A DNA stretch of 63,965 nucleotides, filler included, from Collodictyon triciliatum (Eukaryota): NCBI GenBank assembly GCA_043381765.1. It is 5 parts of 5 records of this genome, joined end to end, with 100 filler letters (N's around TTAATTAATTAA, not from the genome) between each part and the next. Parts side by side here need not be neighbours in the genome. Positions count along the whole stretch, not along the records: positions 23,163 to 40,891 come from JBHJMP010000065.1; 4 more parts are not named here. One strand, 5' to 3'. The position numbers and the translations under genes are program-made. The number at the start of each line of letters is the position of its first letter. The stretch's first letter is position 1. The notes below the pieces were generated by a model. It was not told where the DNA came from. It saw only the letters and a program-made list of their open reading frames with translations, and ran no database searches. This document shows, in pieces, positions 28,201 to 39,272 of this stretch.

Positions 28201-28428
28201 GTGCCATCGGTATGAGATTTCTACAATTTTTTATTTCGCGCATTTCATTTTATTTTATTTTTTGTTGATGAATTTATATTAAGCTAATTTTTTTTCCCTA
28301 ATGTAATATGAATCTCTGTATTACGCCATAGAATTTGGTCGTGTTGTGGACACACGAACAAAGAAATAGCCGGATGTATTGTCGAAGCTCATCACCAAAC
28401 TAGCAATCCTGACAGAGGCGGCTGGTGA
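24877..28428 (+). CDS. Hypothetical Ser/Pro-rich, coiled-coil protein with a C-terminal Cys/His-rich (CHORD/Btk-like) zinc-binding region
   Basis: About 11 exons chain in phase. Coiled coil: IQGQLEQLLKAMSELQSKVEANEKANSELQKELYKER. C-terminus: CHTC...CTHHSG...CDCWCHRIWSCCGHTNKEIAGCIVEAHH; stop TGA at 28426-28428. Confidence 0.7.
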
Positions 28429-28624
28429 GATAGCAAAAGGGTGGAGTCCCAGCATCAATAACCGATCTCAACGCATCAAAAGCCTTACCATCATCACCGA
28501 CAATAAATTATCCTTGTGCACTTTTTTTTTTAAACCCCCCAGCAACTCAGCCACCCTGAAATAATGTCTTTGGGCGAGTAGGAAAATTATGTGTAAGTCC
28601 AATTGTTATCTAGTTGCACTTGCG

Positions 28625-28831
28625 ATGAATGAACCCACCTCTAACAAAACATATGGCGTTTTATTTGGCTGGCAAGACAGTGGAATCCTACCAGAAAACA
28701 TCGACTGGAAATACCCAAACCACGCACTCAGATACCTGGGTATAATGTTTGGGAGCGGCTGCACGGAAAAGTGGGATACACTGATTAATAAGATGAAATC
28801 AATAACGAATTCTTCAAAATGGCTTCGGTAA
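28625..28831 (+). mobile_element. Non-LTR retrotransposon (L1/Tx1-like) reverse transcriptase fragment
   Basis: NKTYGVLFG...IDWKYPNHALRYLGIMFG...KWDTLINKMKSI matches the end of LINE RT domains (NxxK...YLGI...W..l..ki). Truncated on both sides. Confidence 0.7.
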
Positions 28832-28869
28832 TTGCGCCCAACCCCGCATGTGTACCATCGACTGTGAAG

Positions 28870-29337
28870 TGGTAAACGAACGTGTTAATGCAATCTGAAG
28901 AGTTTTGACGGATGGGCGTGTGAAAACTTGTCAATAAGTTGTATGCAGGCTTTGAGATACCCCGATTCAAAGCGAAGGCAACACAAGAACCAGCACCCAT
29001 CAAAGATAATCCGTTTATCCTGCCCCAACCCATCTCACTGATAACCAAGGAGCAAGAGCAAACAGCACAAGTCGAATCCAAGCTTGGAACTCCACACACT
29101 AAAGACAGTCCGAGCAAGCAGGAGCGTATGTTTCTAGAACCACAAACATATAGCCATACTCCGGTTAAGCAAAGTCCACTGCCGGCTACGCATGGTTCCG
29201 AAACCAGGGGACGGTCAAGCGCCACTTCTGATAATACCAGACAAACAACTATGTATCGCTTTCTGTCTGAGTCGCCCAGCAAGAAACGCAAGGAAAGTGA
29301 CCCATGGTCTTCTCAAAAGACTCATCCTGCAGAATGA
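28870..29337 (+). pseudogene. Intronless degraded ORF tail, probably transposon-derived, with PIP-like and NLS-like motifs
   Basis: Open frame 28939-29337 preceded by in-frame TGA codons; contains QTTMYRFL and PSKKRK; adjacent to the RT fragment. Confidence 0.35.
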
Positions 29338-29727
29338 AATAAGACGTAAGACTTGTCTGAGATAGATGGTTGAAACAACTTGTCGAAATCGATTTTCAAA
29401 GTAACTGTCATACGCGTACTTTCATCGACCCGACAACTTTCTAAGGGTGAAATCCTTGGAATCGAATAAAGGGAAAAAATATATGGGTGAAATCCCAGAT
29501 TTCAAGCATGTGTGTAAGAGGGAGAAAAAAAAAGGTTGCCCGCCAGACGCATTCATCTAAATGTTAAATACTGAGTATGTATCATATGAGAGTTTTGCTT
29601 TACTCTTTATCCTTTCAAACTCGATATGCGTGATTTTAGTTTTTTTTTTAAAATATATATATTTCTTTTTAATTTCTTTTCTGCTTTATCTCAGGGTTGG
29701 CTAAGACCCTTTTGCTCGTGCTTCGAC

Positions 29728-30357
29728 TTATATGACGTAAGGTAACCCGCACCAGACAGATGTAGATTGGCAACTGTTTGGTGGACCCGGGCGTAAAATA
29801 TTTTCCGACCGCATTAGTGTCCACACATGCGGCTCCTCCTTCAGTAAATCTATTTCATCTGGTGTGTATGCTATTGTTGCCCAACTTCCAATTGGTTTCC
29901 CACCTTCGCTGGTCGAGGAAAAAACTTTGAATGTTTTACCAAACATCCCTTTAGACTCCAATACCCTCCTGTTAAAATCTTCCATCACAGAGGAGGCCTC
30001 ACGCTGAGTTTTTGCGTCAAAGCACATTGCCACGGGGATAAGAACACAAGAACCCGCATAGATTGCCACTGCTGTATCTGAGACAACAAAGCTCGATATC
30101 TCATTACGAAATGTCTCTGTGAATGCCTGCCAACCTGCTTGGTCCAGTCCACGACGAAAAAGCTCTTGTGGGACCCGAGTTATGCCCGCTTCATCAAAAA
30201 CTGGCGGGCTATTCCAACAGCAGCAATAACCCAGTTGAATGCCAACAGAAATCCGTCCTGGGATGTCTGCTGGTCGTGGCGTATCCCTTCCACCAATATT
30301 CTTTACTTCAAAGGGATAAGTGCGGCTTTTTGCATTCGTAGCAGACATCTCGTTCAT
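29728..30357 (-). CDS. Intronless 209-aa protein resembling the Erf4/Golgin-A7 family
   Basis: Clean ATG-to-stop ORF with F...VPQELFRRGL...F, a short hydrophobic Cys-containing segment, and MEDFNRRVLESKGM; also a CCC cluster. The family call rests on motif resemblance only. Confidence 0.55.
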   Translation of the reverse strand: MNEMSATNAKSRTYPFEVKNIGGRDTPRPADIPGRISVGIQLGYCCCWNSPPVFDEAGITRVPQELFRRGLDQAGWQAFTETFRNEISSFVVSDTAVAIYAGSCVLIPVAMCFDAKTQREASSVMEDFNRRVLESKGMFGKTFKVFSSTSEGGKPIGSWATIAYTPDEIDLLKEEPHVWTLMRSENILRPGPPNSCQSTSVWCGLPYVI

Positions 30358-30835
30358 AGTAGAACCTAATGAAATGACTTAAAAAAAGGTTTCACAACTT
30401 GGTCAATACCGTGTCCTACTGTACATTATGGCTTAATCAAGAGACAAAGAGTTGTTTATCTTTGGTTTCATTCGGCACACGGACTTCTGTCAAGTTTTAT
30501 CACATGCCAGTGACCATGTGGCGATTATAATCTGATCATAGCCTGACGAGTCGTTGGGTTTTTGATTCAAAAATATCAGACGATGTATATCGTTGTGTGA
30601 TGCCGTTTGTATACGTGTTTTATTCTATTGCCACGACATATGGCGTAGGCGGAGTTGGTAAAGGACAGTCCGTGATGAGTTTTTTAGGCATGAACGTTCC
30701 ATTTTAATTGTTTTTTTAGGCTGTTTATGCCTTCGATTAGTTCCAAGGATTCATATTGGCGCAAAAGAGACTCGCAAGGGGAGCATATGACCCATAATAA
30801 ATTGAAGTGGGTGAAGTAATCATGGTTTTTTTTCG

Positions 30836-31441
30836 AGGGAATCCTTCATGTAATTATTGAAAAATGGCGACGATTCTACCCAGCATGCATTTGCGCAATG
30901 TCCCTTCGCTCAAACCCTGTGCAAAACAGCCGGTGAGATTCTTCGACTGACACTCAAGACGGCTGCAGCTGTTATCCCAATACAGGCGATATTTGGGCCT
31001 CTGCAACAGCTGCGTCCAGATGCAAAAACATTCTGGGCGGTGACGCGAGGCCATTTGCTTTGGACTATGTGGATAACGCACATATACTCACGCAAAGCAA
31101 GACTCAACAACCAGCCACCCATTCCTGATAACACACTGGATGACATCATACAAATATCTTTCCTCAACAGCTTCCTTCGCCACCTGCACGTTCTCTACTA
31201 CCCAGACCCCGTGAGAAGAGACATCTGGAAAGAATCTGAGAAAGAGATTCAACCTCGCCTTTTATCTCTCATGCAAGCGCAAGACCCAGGCTACAGGCCA
31301 AACCGCAGGATGCAATTCCCGATTACCGACTACTTCTCCGCCACTCGGCCACCCAAGTAGCGGCATGAAAACGATGGCCAAATAACCAAAGTCAACATCT
31401 CCACCATCCTGCACAAAATTGAAAGATAGAATAAAAAAAAA
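30836..31441 (+). mobile_element. 5'-truncated LINE 3' end: zf-RVT-type zinc knuckle, 3' UTR, AATAAA and short poly(A)
   Basis: NPSCNY[1-nt deletion in the Cys codon]KNGDDSTQHAFAQCPFA followed by LLWTMW; stop at 31358-31360; AATAAA merges into an A-run at 31430-31441. Confidence 0.75.
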
Positions 31442-31699
31442 CCTCTAGAGATGCGCTAGCTTTGGACAACTTACGATTTTTCATCTTGACTATTGGTGTA
31501 TCATTCATATCGTTCCTAATATCAATCACAATATTCTTATTCTTATCACGATTCTATGCTTTTAAATCCTCATGAGAGGTTTCAGCGTTTTGCTTAATTT
31601 TATTTTCAATTTTGTTAGCGAAACAAGGCCCCCTGAATGACCAAAACAGAAGTGATCCAATGGGATTATTATGAGAAATAGACTATGTGGGTGCTGCAG

Positions 31700-32365
31700 A
31701 ATGGCTTATGGTGAAAATAACTTGAATTGTAATAGCAATAAATGAGTTGAACGAGAAGAGAGAGATACCACGACATGAAATGAGGTATTTTAAGATTTGA
31801 GCATTCCAAGGTGTGAAGTCCGCCTAGTCTTGGTTTTGACTGCAAGCATCCCAAAAGCCCCATAATCATCGTTCAAAATAGTTGTGATTGCCTTTAAAAT
31901 ACGTTTTTATTTAGCTAAAATATATCATATGGTAAATAATAGTAATGGTAATAGTCAAGTTCACACAACCTCTAAAGTTGAAAAAAAATAGACGCAAAAA
32001 TAAAAGAAAATAGTATTTACGTTGAAAAACTGAGCATCGTGCGTATTTGTTGTGTCGTTCCAGGTGTTTTGCGATGACAGACCAGTACTTTTTGACTGAT
32101 TTGGTGGTGCGGTGGAACGAAGAAGAAGGATTTGAGGAGGGGGTCTCATCTTCATTATAGGTGTTGGTGGGCACTGGAACTGAGTCGTTGGTGAATCCTC
32201 TGTATAATCGTTTTGATTTGCTGTCATTGGCGCAGTGCCTCTGGAGGTGCTGACTGGTGGGCATTGACCGGAGAGTATTCGTGATTCCGCTCCATAGAAT
32301 GAAGTGATGGCTTGCATGTGAGATGTAGAGGTCGAGGTTGTTTGCTGGGCAGGTTTTCGGCTCAT
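31700..32365 (-). mobile_element. Possible degenerate BED-finger DNA transposase N-terminus (frameshifted)
   Basis: Two overlapping frames give a Ser/Thr/Pro-rich N-terminus, then SVKKYWSV...YARCSVF (TTT is one substitution from TGT, giving CxxC) and a downstream RTSHL. No terminal inverted repeats found. Confidence 0.3.
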
Positions 32366-34089
32366 AATATATAGTGGCTTTGGGCTATATTGATTTTTCT
32401 TTCCTTGTCTTTTTCTCTACCTTTGGGTTGGTGGATTATATTCCTACAAGAATTGAACGAGTGCTTAGCAGTTGGGATGGGATTATGGAACCCATGATTC
32501 ATGACGAGCGAGTTTTGCACGATTTCAATATCAAGTTAATGAGTGAATAAGGCATTTTTTTTCAAGCATTTAATTGAGGTTTTATGAGATAATGAGGGTG
32601 CCATAATCAACAAATAGTGACTATCCGCCAGTCAATAAAAAAAAAAAATCAATCTTATAGTGAGTCGGACGGGATTCGACTAGAACTATTTCAAGGTGTA
32701 TCGACAGAAGCTGATTGGCTGCTTCTTTTTCTTCTTCAACTCGAGAACTGAGCTGGTGCCTTAACATCCTAACGCTGTCTCTTTCTCTGTATGACTTTGC
32801 GCCCTGTGTCTTCCATGATTCTGCTTTTCCAAGTGATTTTTAAGCACATCCCCCACGAAAAGACTTCTATTCGCGGATTGAAGCAACGCCACAAAGCGTC
32901 ACATTTTCCGCCTGTTTTCAAGAAATCAAGTAACGAAGGCATTTGCATATATGGATTTATCACCCAAAAGCATCTCGTAGCGCCTTTCTTGGAACCGAAA
33001 GAACTGGCAATCAACCAAAAACGGCTACACCATCACTTCCGACCACAGTATTCCTGCCGGACTAGTCTTCTGTTTAAGTACTCCACTGGCTACGAAACCT
33101 TCCAGACAGCCACCAATACCCTTTCGCTCATCCAAACTCATCCGGCGCTGTTCATTTGAGTTTCCATTTCTGCGCTTAAGCCACCCGGGAGACTGCGTCA
33201 TGCCGACGCAAAACACCATCACACCATCACACCATCACACTCCGTCCTGCGCCAGGGACAGGCCGTGCTATTCTCTGGGAATTCTGGTGGAAGGGCTTTG
33301 GTTCTGTCTTCCTTTTTTTTTTTTTTTCTTTTTTGCCTCCTTCTTTTTCCCTGCTTAGATGATGGGGCTATACCAGGCGCAAACAGCTTTCCTTGGTGCC
33401 GGCAAACACCTGCGCGGAATAGAGGAGAGTGGTGTTCTGCCTGCGTGACCATGTCGAGAGTGGTCGGACGGGTTGGCAACTACGCGGGCAAAGAGGCTGG
33501 GCGGGCAGACCTTGGATGCGACAAAGTCTCCGCTCCTGCCCAGCGGTCAAGTCGGACTCGATTCTGTGCGTGTTCTACAGCGGTTTATCTTTATTTCCAT
33601 CCTGATGATGGACTTTGCGCCCAGCTGGAATGGGAGGCGGACGGTGATATGCCTTTGCGGCGGCTGTGAGGGTGAGTGGGAGTTTGGATAGGAACGGGAA
33701 AGGTAGAGTCTTGCGAGAAAGGTAGAATGAAGCCCCAGAGAATAGAGTGATCAGAAGAGGAAGCACCACATGAGATACGAGATAAATGAATGCAGAAGGA
33801 GAACAACCAATGTATGAGTGGGTGTGTATGTGTACGCATATGAGTGACTTGGCAAGTAGACAGCGGGTCGAGTTGAGAGGCTCCGAGCTCAGGCCGTCCG
33901 CTCTAAATATCGGAGTCTCGTCGGACGGCCCATATTCCTCTCAGGGTCGGGGATGGTAACTGGGTTGAAAGGGGGATTGATTAGAAAAATCCTGGTTCTC
34001 CGGTACCATTCTATAAGGCGGGCTGTGCACCAACAAACAGGATGGACGGGTCAATACCTATGACTCCGCACGACCCAGGAGCGTGGCAG

Positions 34090-35706
34090 TTAGTAGTGGG
34101 GCGCAGCGGCTCTGGCAAAGGACTCGTATGTGTTCTGCAGCAGCATGGCCACGGTCATGGGGCCGACTCCGCCCGGGACTGGCGTGATGGCCGAGGCCAC
34201 CTCCTTGACGTTCTCAAAGTCGACATCACCCACAATGCGGTGCCCAGTGGGAGACGTAGAGTCCGGGATGGCGTTGATCCCCACGTCGATGATGACGGCG
34301 CCCGGCTTCACCCAGTGCCTCTTGACAAACTCGGGCTGTCCGACAGCCGCAACCACAATATCTGCTCGGGAGACTTCTTGGTCGATGTTTCTCGTGGCTG
34401 GGTGGCATATGGTGACCTGGTCGAAACGGGTGCTGAGTGTGAATATCTTTGCTCTATGTGCAATATGCTGCCTGCTATGTGCGAAGGTGGCGAGGAGAGA
34501 GGGATTACAGTTGCGTCAGCCTTCATCAAGAGGAGTGAAGCAGGCAGTCCGACGATGTTGCTGCGGCCGAGCACCACCGCTTTCTTCCCAACAACGTCAA
34601 TCCCTGAGCGCTTCAACAGCTCCATGCAGCCCTTGGGTGTGCAGGGCGTGAAGAGCGGCGTTCGTCTGTGGATGCGTTTAGGAATGGCTATTTTTAGTGA
34701 GCAGGTGTCCAACTCAATCTTGCTGACGTATAGCGGGCAGATAAACAGGTGGTGATATTGTCTTGATGGGCGTTGGCAGAGTGAGGTTATGCGCGTTGTG
34801 CGAGATTGCAGGAGGTGAGGAGTGTATACTTGTTCATTCCCGTGCGGCCGATGTTGTCTGGGTGGAAGCCATCCACATCCTTCTGCAAACTAATCCTGTT
34901 CAGAACCGCCTCGTCGTTGAAGTGTGGCGGGAGTGGCAGCTGCACGATGATGCCGTGGACGCTGCTATCCTGATTCATGTTCTCCACCTGAACGTCAAAC
35001 AAAGGTGTCTTTGGTCAGCGACTATAGATGGATGTCATATGAGGGACATGACAACACAGGCAGGGATACTGGAGCCGAGTTGCTTCCAGGTCAACAGGAT
35101 TTTCGTTAGTCTGTGAGTGGGGTAGGCATATTCCTGGTGCGTAACCCGGGATGGGCTTTGTATGGTACCTCTTGCTCCAGCTCGGCCTGTGTGATGGTCG
35201 CTGGGAAGCGCCTTTCGACAAAGCGGATGCCGCACTTCTCGGCAGCTCTTTTCTTCATGCGGACGTAGGCCTGCGAGTCTTTGCGGTCACCAACGAGGAC
35301 AACTCCTAGGCCGGGGCGAACTTCTGGAGGGTAAGTCTGCGATAACACCATTAAGGATATTAAGTTGCGCATGATTGGGTATTCCTCAAGCTTCTTGTGT
35401 TTGTGTTTTGTTTTGTTTTGTTTGTGTTTCATGTGACCCTGAAGTTTAAGGGGCAAAGGGCAATCAAATATAAGGCATGCTTTTGGGTCTTTGGCCACGG
35501 TCGCTTTTTAGTCGACTCTAGTTGACGAGGAGGGTTGGCCGAAACTCGAGAAGTGCTGAGTCATGATATACCTTAAGTTTGTCGGAGATTTCCGTGAGGA
35601 CTTGTTCGGATATTTCACGGCCGTCGATTAGTCTCGCGGTGTGGAGGGAGGCGACTAGTCCTCCAAAGCTCTTGCGGAGGGTGGCTGGGACGATGTGGCG
35701 GAGCAT
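34090..35706 (-). CDS. folD: Bifunctional methylenetetrahydrofolate dehydrogenase/cyclohydrolase with putative mitochondrial presequence (5 exons)
   Basis: [96 protein letters not shown]. The N-terminal leader is Arg/Ser/Leu-rich with no acidic residues. Confidence 0.97.
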
Positions 35707-37508
35707 TGGGCGTGTCGGGAAGGTGGGGATCTGGTGGGGAGAAACGTTGTTCAGACCGAGATGGTCGGGCGTGTTTGGTCTGTCCTACTGTCGCTCTGGG
35801 CTGTTCTTGTTGTTGCTCACATTTGCTTGGACGCGCGTTTGTTTGGATACTTCTTGTTCGCTTGAGTGACGAATTCTGTCCCAACGGATGCAGATGCAGC
35901 TCCGAAGAACATTTGTCATGAAGTTGCTTTTAAATAAGATTGGTGTATATATAAGTTGGTTGTTTAGCTCGCGCGTGTGGGTTTGCGCACGCGCAGTTTG
36001 AGTGTTTGCACGCGCCCAACGACAAGAGTGCGCTCGTGCCTACTTGGCGGTTTCCGGTATGGCGCGTGTGGTAAATTCATTGCACGAGCGTCATCCGCAT
36101 TTTTTTGGTTGATTTTTGTTGTTTTGTTCTTGTGTTCTTTCAGTTTTTGTTTTCCATTAAATTATATATTTGATTTCTTGTTTGTTTGTTTGTTTGTTTG
36201 TTTGTTTGTTTGTTGTTGTTGTTTGTTGTTGTTTTTTTCATGCTTTTTCGTATGGCTGGTTAAGTACTATTTTTTTTAAAAAAAAATAAAAATATGAATT
36301 GGGAATGAATCTTTCTTTTGGCAAAGTGGATTAGAGGGTTGCTTGCACTATTTGATTTCATCGTCCATCTTAATATGGATATGGACATATATGGTTATGT
36401 TTGGCTGCAGAATGGAGTGCCGCATATGGAGAAGGGACAAATTCTCGCCCCAGTAAAGAGTGGTCATTCGGCTCTCTACGGATATAGAAATTATGATTGC
36501 AAAGTCCTATTCTACGAATTAGTGAAAGTTATCATACTGACAAATGTGGAAAATTGATTGGCCTCAGGCTGGATGGCCACAACTCTAACATATATTTCCG
36601 TCTGACCGATGTTCTAAGATGACTGAGAAATATAGCTCATTCCTCATTCACCGCCATTCTCGTTGCTTCAAAGCTGCATCACCCACACAGTCTTCTTTCT
36701 TGGACGCGATAGCACGCCAGGTGGGAGAATCGTGCAAAGTATGATATTAGCGTGCGAGGAATAGGACGGCAGGCACAATTTCTCGCATTCGAGTTTTATT
36801 GTCTTCGTGACAAACAGGATTCACAGAACTTAAATACGGTCAGCGGGCTGGGTGGAGGTAGTTATGTACAGTTTGTTTGTTTGTTTGGGTGTCGAAAAGA
36901 AGATGAGTGAGCGAGACTGCCCGGGGAGAGATGCGAATGGAAATATGAGGGTGGGCATACAAAGATAAACTTGGAAGCAAGCGAATGTCCTTTTCTTTTC
37001 TTTTTTTTTCTTTTTCTTTTTTTTTAACTCACTCGCATAGATAAACTACACCGAGGTGCGTGTCATGAGGACGAAAGGGAGAGCAAAAAGGAATGGGTAT
37101 AATCCGTTCCAGATGCATCAATCTGTCATCAAGGCGCATGGAAAGTTGGTCTGGTCTCTCGCTCTTTTGGTTTTGCGGGCTATTTGCGAATATATAAGGT
37201 AAGGGTTGAAAGAATGCTAGGGATGCCTCGGCACCTTGCCGTCAGTCCTTGTTTCTGTGTTCTTGGACTTTGTGCTTCAAGGGGCTTTCATCATATCTAA
37301 CTATTGAGGCTAGGGATATAGCTATTGATTAGCAAAAATAAAACATTTGGTGCATTTTTTTCTATCATCGCAATTAATATTAATTCCCAGTAAAGCAGGC
37401 TCTCTGATACATATTAGGGGTAATACGCGCACATACGACAAGAAATACATATTTAATATGGAATACTCACAAAACCTCGGCCGCAGCGCCCATACGAACT
37501 TGACCAGC

Positions 37509-39272
37509 TTAGGGAGACGGCGGGTCCTTGACTTGGCTTAGGATATAGAGAAAGATACTAGCTTTCCACGAATCGAGTCCGGTTTCGGGTGAGTATCGCT
37601 CCACTGCTTGTGTAGCACCGACATAGTCGTGTCTCATATAAGCTGCGATGAAGTCCTATCGCAAATGCCAGAGTTGAAGATATTAGTCATCTGGAGTCTC
37701 GCAAATGAAAGCTAAATCTCCATATATATGAAGACTATGCAATTCACTAAAATAATATATGACAGAATAACATACGCGGAGAAATGCGAACTCTGCTGTC
37801 TTTGTAAAAGCCCTGTCAATCGATTTATATGTTGATAGGGCTCTGTGGGCCGCTTTCATATCCTGTTTACCCCAAGGGGGTTCGCAGAGAAAATCGTTAG
37901 ATAGTATAGGCGAACAAGACGAACAAATCATGCGTTTATCATACAGCCATCTATTGCGATAACAGAAGTAGCAAGATAAAAACTACTATGACCGAAACCA
38001 ATAGGACATATTACATTCTAACGAGGAAAAAATTTTAATGAAAAGAGATACTTCTTTGAATCGAATAAAGGAAAAAATGAAAAGAGATACTTCTGTAAAT
38101 CACCTTGGAACATAGGAGCATCAAACCAGCACGAAACAAGTATTCTTTCACTTTCCAACGCAGTACTTGGTTGGTTTTTGCGTCTCGGGCAACTTTCTGG
38201 TATATCATGGAAGCACGCTCGAACTCATCTAGCTGGCCGCTGAGCTCTGCCACCTTTAAATAGCATCCAATAGAAAACCTATATGTGTCACATTGGTTAG
38301 TAAAAGTGCTGGGATATTTAGGTTGGTGTCATGAAGTAAAACAAATATATGCAAGTGATAGTTCTCCGGAAGGGAATCAATACAATGAAAAGTAAAGGGA
38401 TACCCTTTGCATTGAAGAACATCGAATGTGTAGGCTGCGTGCTCATAACAAAGTAGTGCCTCTTCAAACTCTAAAAACTTTTCGTGGACCTCTCCAGCTT
38501 CTTTAAGGAGCTTAGCAGACGTTCCCATTTGCTTCAATTCAGAATAAATCCCAGCAGCAACCCGGAGGTATGTGGCTGCATCTGATGGAAATAGATATGG
38601 TTAGGATGATTGACAGGTTTTCGGGATTTTATCATGGATAGAGTGAGTTGAACCAATCCGGCATTTATCATAACTGGTTCAAAGGTAAGGGTATTTTTAA
38701 CAGTTTGATTGCCTCATATTGTGAATAGCGTTGCTATTTATCGGAAAGAAAAGTATGATCTACGCTTGCGCTGTTTTTTATTTTTTTTAAAAAAAAAAAA
38801 AGTTCAAACATTCCGAAACTGAATATAAGTATAGACAATGAGCGAAAAATGGAAAAGAATGATTGCCTGGGTGATCGCACTTTCTTAGACAAGTCGCAGC
38901 AGAGACATACGAAGCTGCTGCTTGTTCGGGATCTTTGAGCTTTTCAAAGCATTCTGCACATCGCACATGTGCCTCTGCAGCTTTTAGCCCTATGTAAATA
39001 TGTTGCCGAGTTATAGATTAAGAGATGCGCCTTTTGGGGGAGTGGCAAAAGAATGACACATATTTCACTAGAAAGAAAAAGGAAACAAATAACAAAATAA
39101 AGGAAAGGAAAGAAGGATCGGTCTTACAGTCTGAGCCAAGGCGGAAGAAGTTTGACGCAGTGGTAAACATCTCTGCTGCTGAGGTCCACTTTGTTGTCTG
39201 GAACAGAAGGATTCGCTTTGTCATGCGATCTGCTTCGGCAAATGCAACTTCTCCATGGGCAGTGGTTGACAT
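37509..39272 (-). CDS. Soluble NSF attachment protein (alpha-SNAP/Sec17 family), divergent (6 exons)
   Basis: KWTSAAEMFTTASNFFRL, AAEAHVRCAECFEKL, YEHAAYTF, CYLKVAEL, LRWKVKEYLFRAGLMLLC, IDRAFTKTAE, LDSWKASIFLYI. Confidence 0.88.

Noticed and set aside
32658-32685. Reverse-complement T-loop-like sequence (GTCGAATCCCGTCCGAC)
   Set aside because: The B-box is degenerate and no cloverleaf can be built.
32791-33770. ORFs of 122 and 134 aa downstream of FolD
   Set aside because: No recognisable motifs or consistent exon chain; could be decayed TE or chance ORFs in GC-richer DNA.
36412-37200. A chain of short exons can be assembled on the + strand (MECRIWRRDKFSPQ...)
   Set aside because: I chose the frames to fit and the product resembles nothing I recognise; RNA evidence is needed.
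38279-38403. U12-like donor GTATCCCTTT in SNAP (also GTATCTTTT in ABCC near 13228)
   Set aside because: The branch sites are U2-type (TACTAAC, GCTCAC); no TCCTTAAC-type motif is present.
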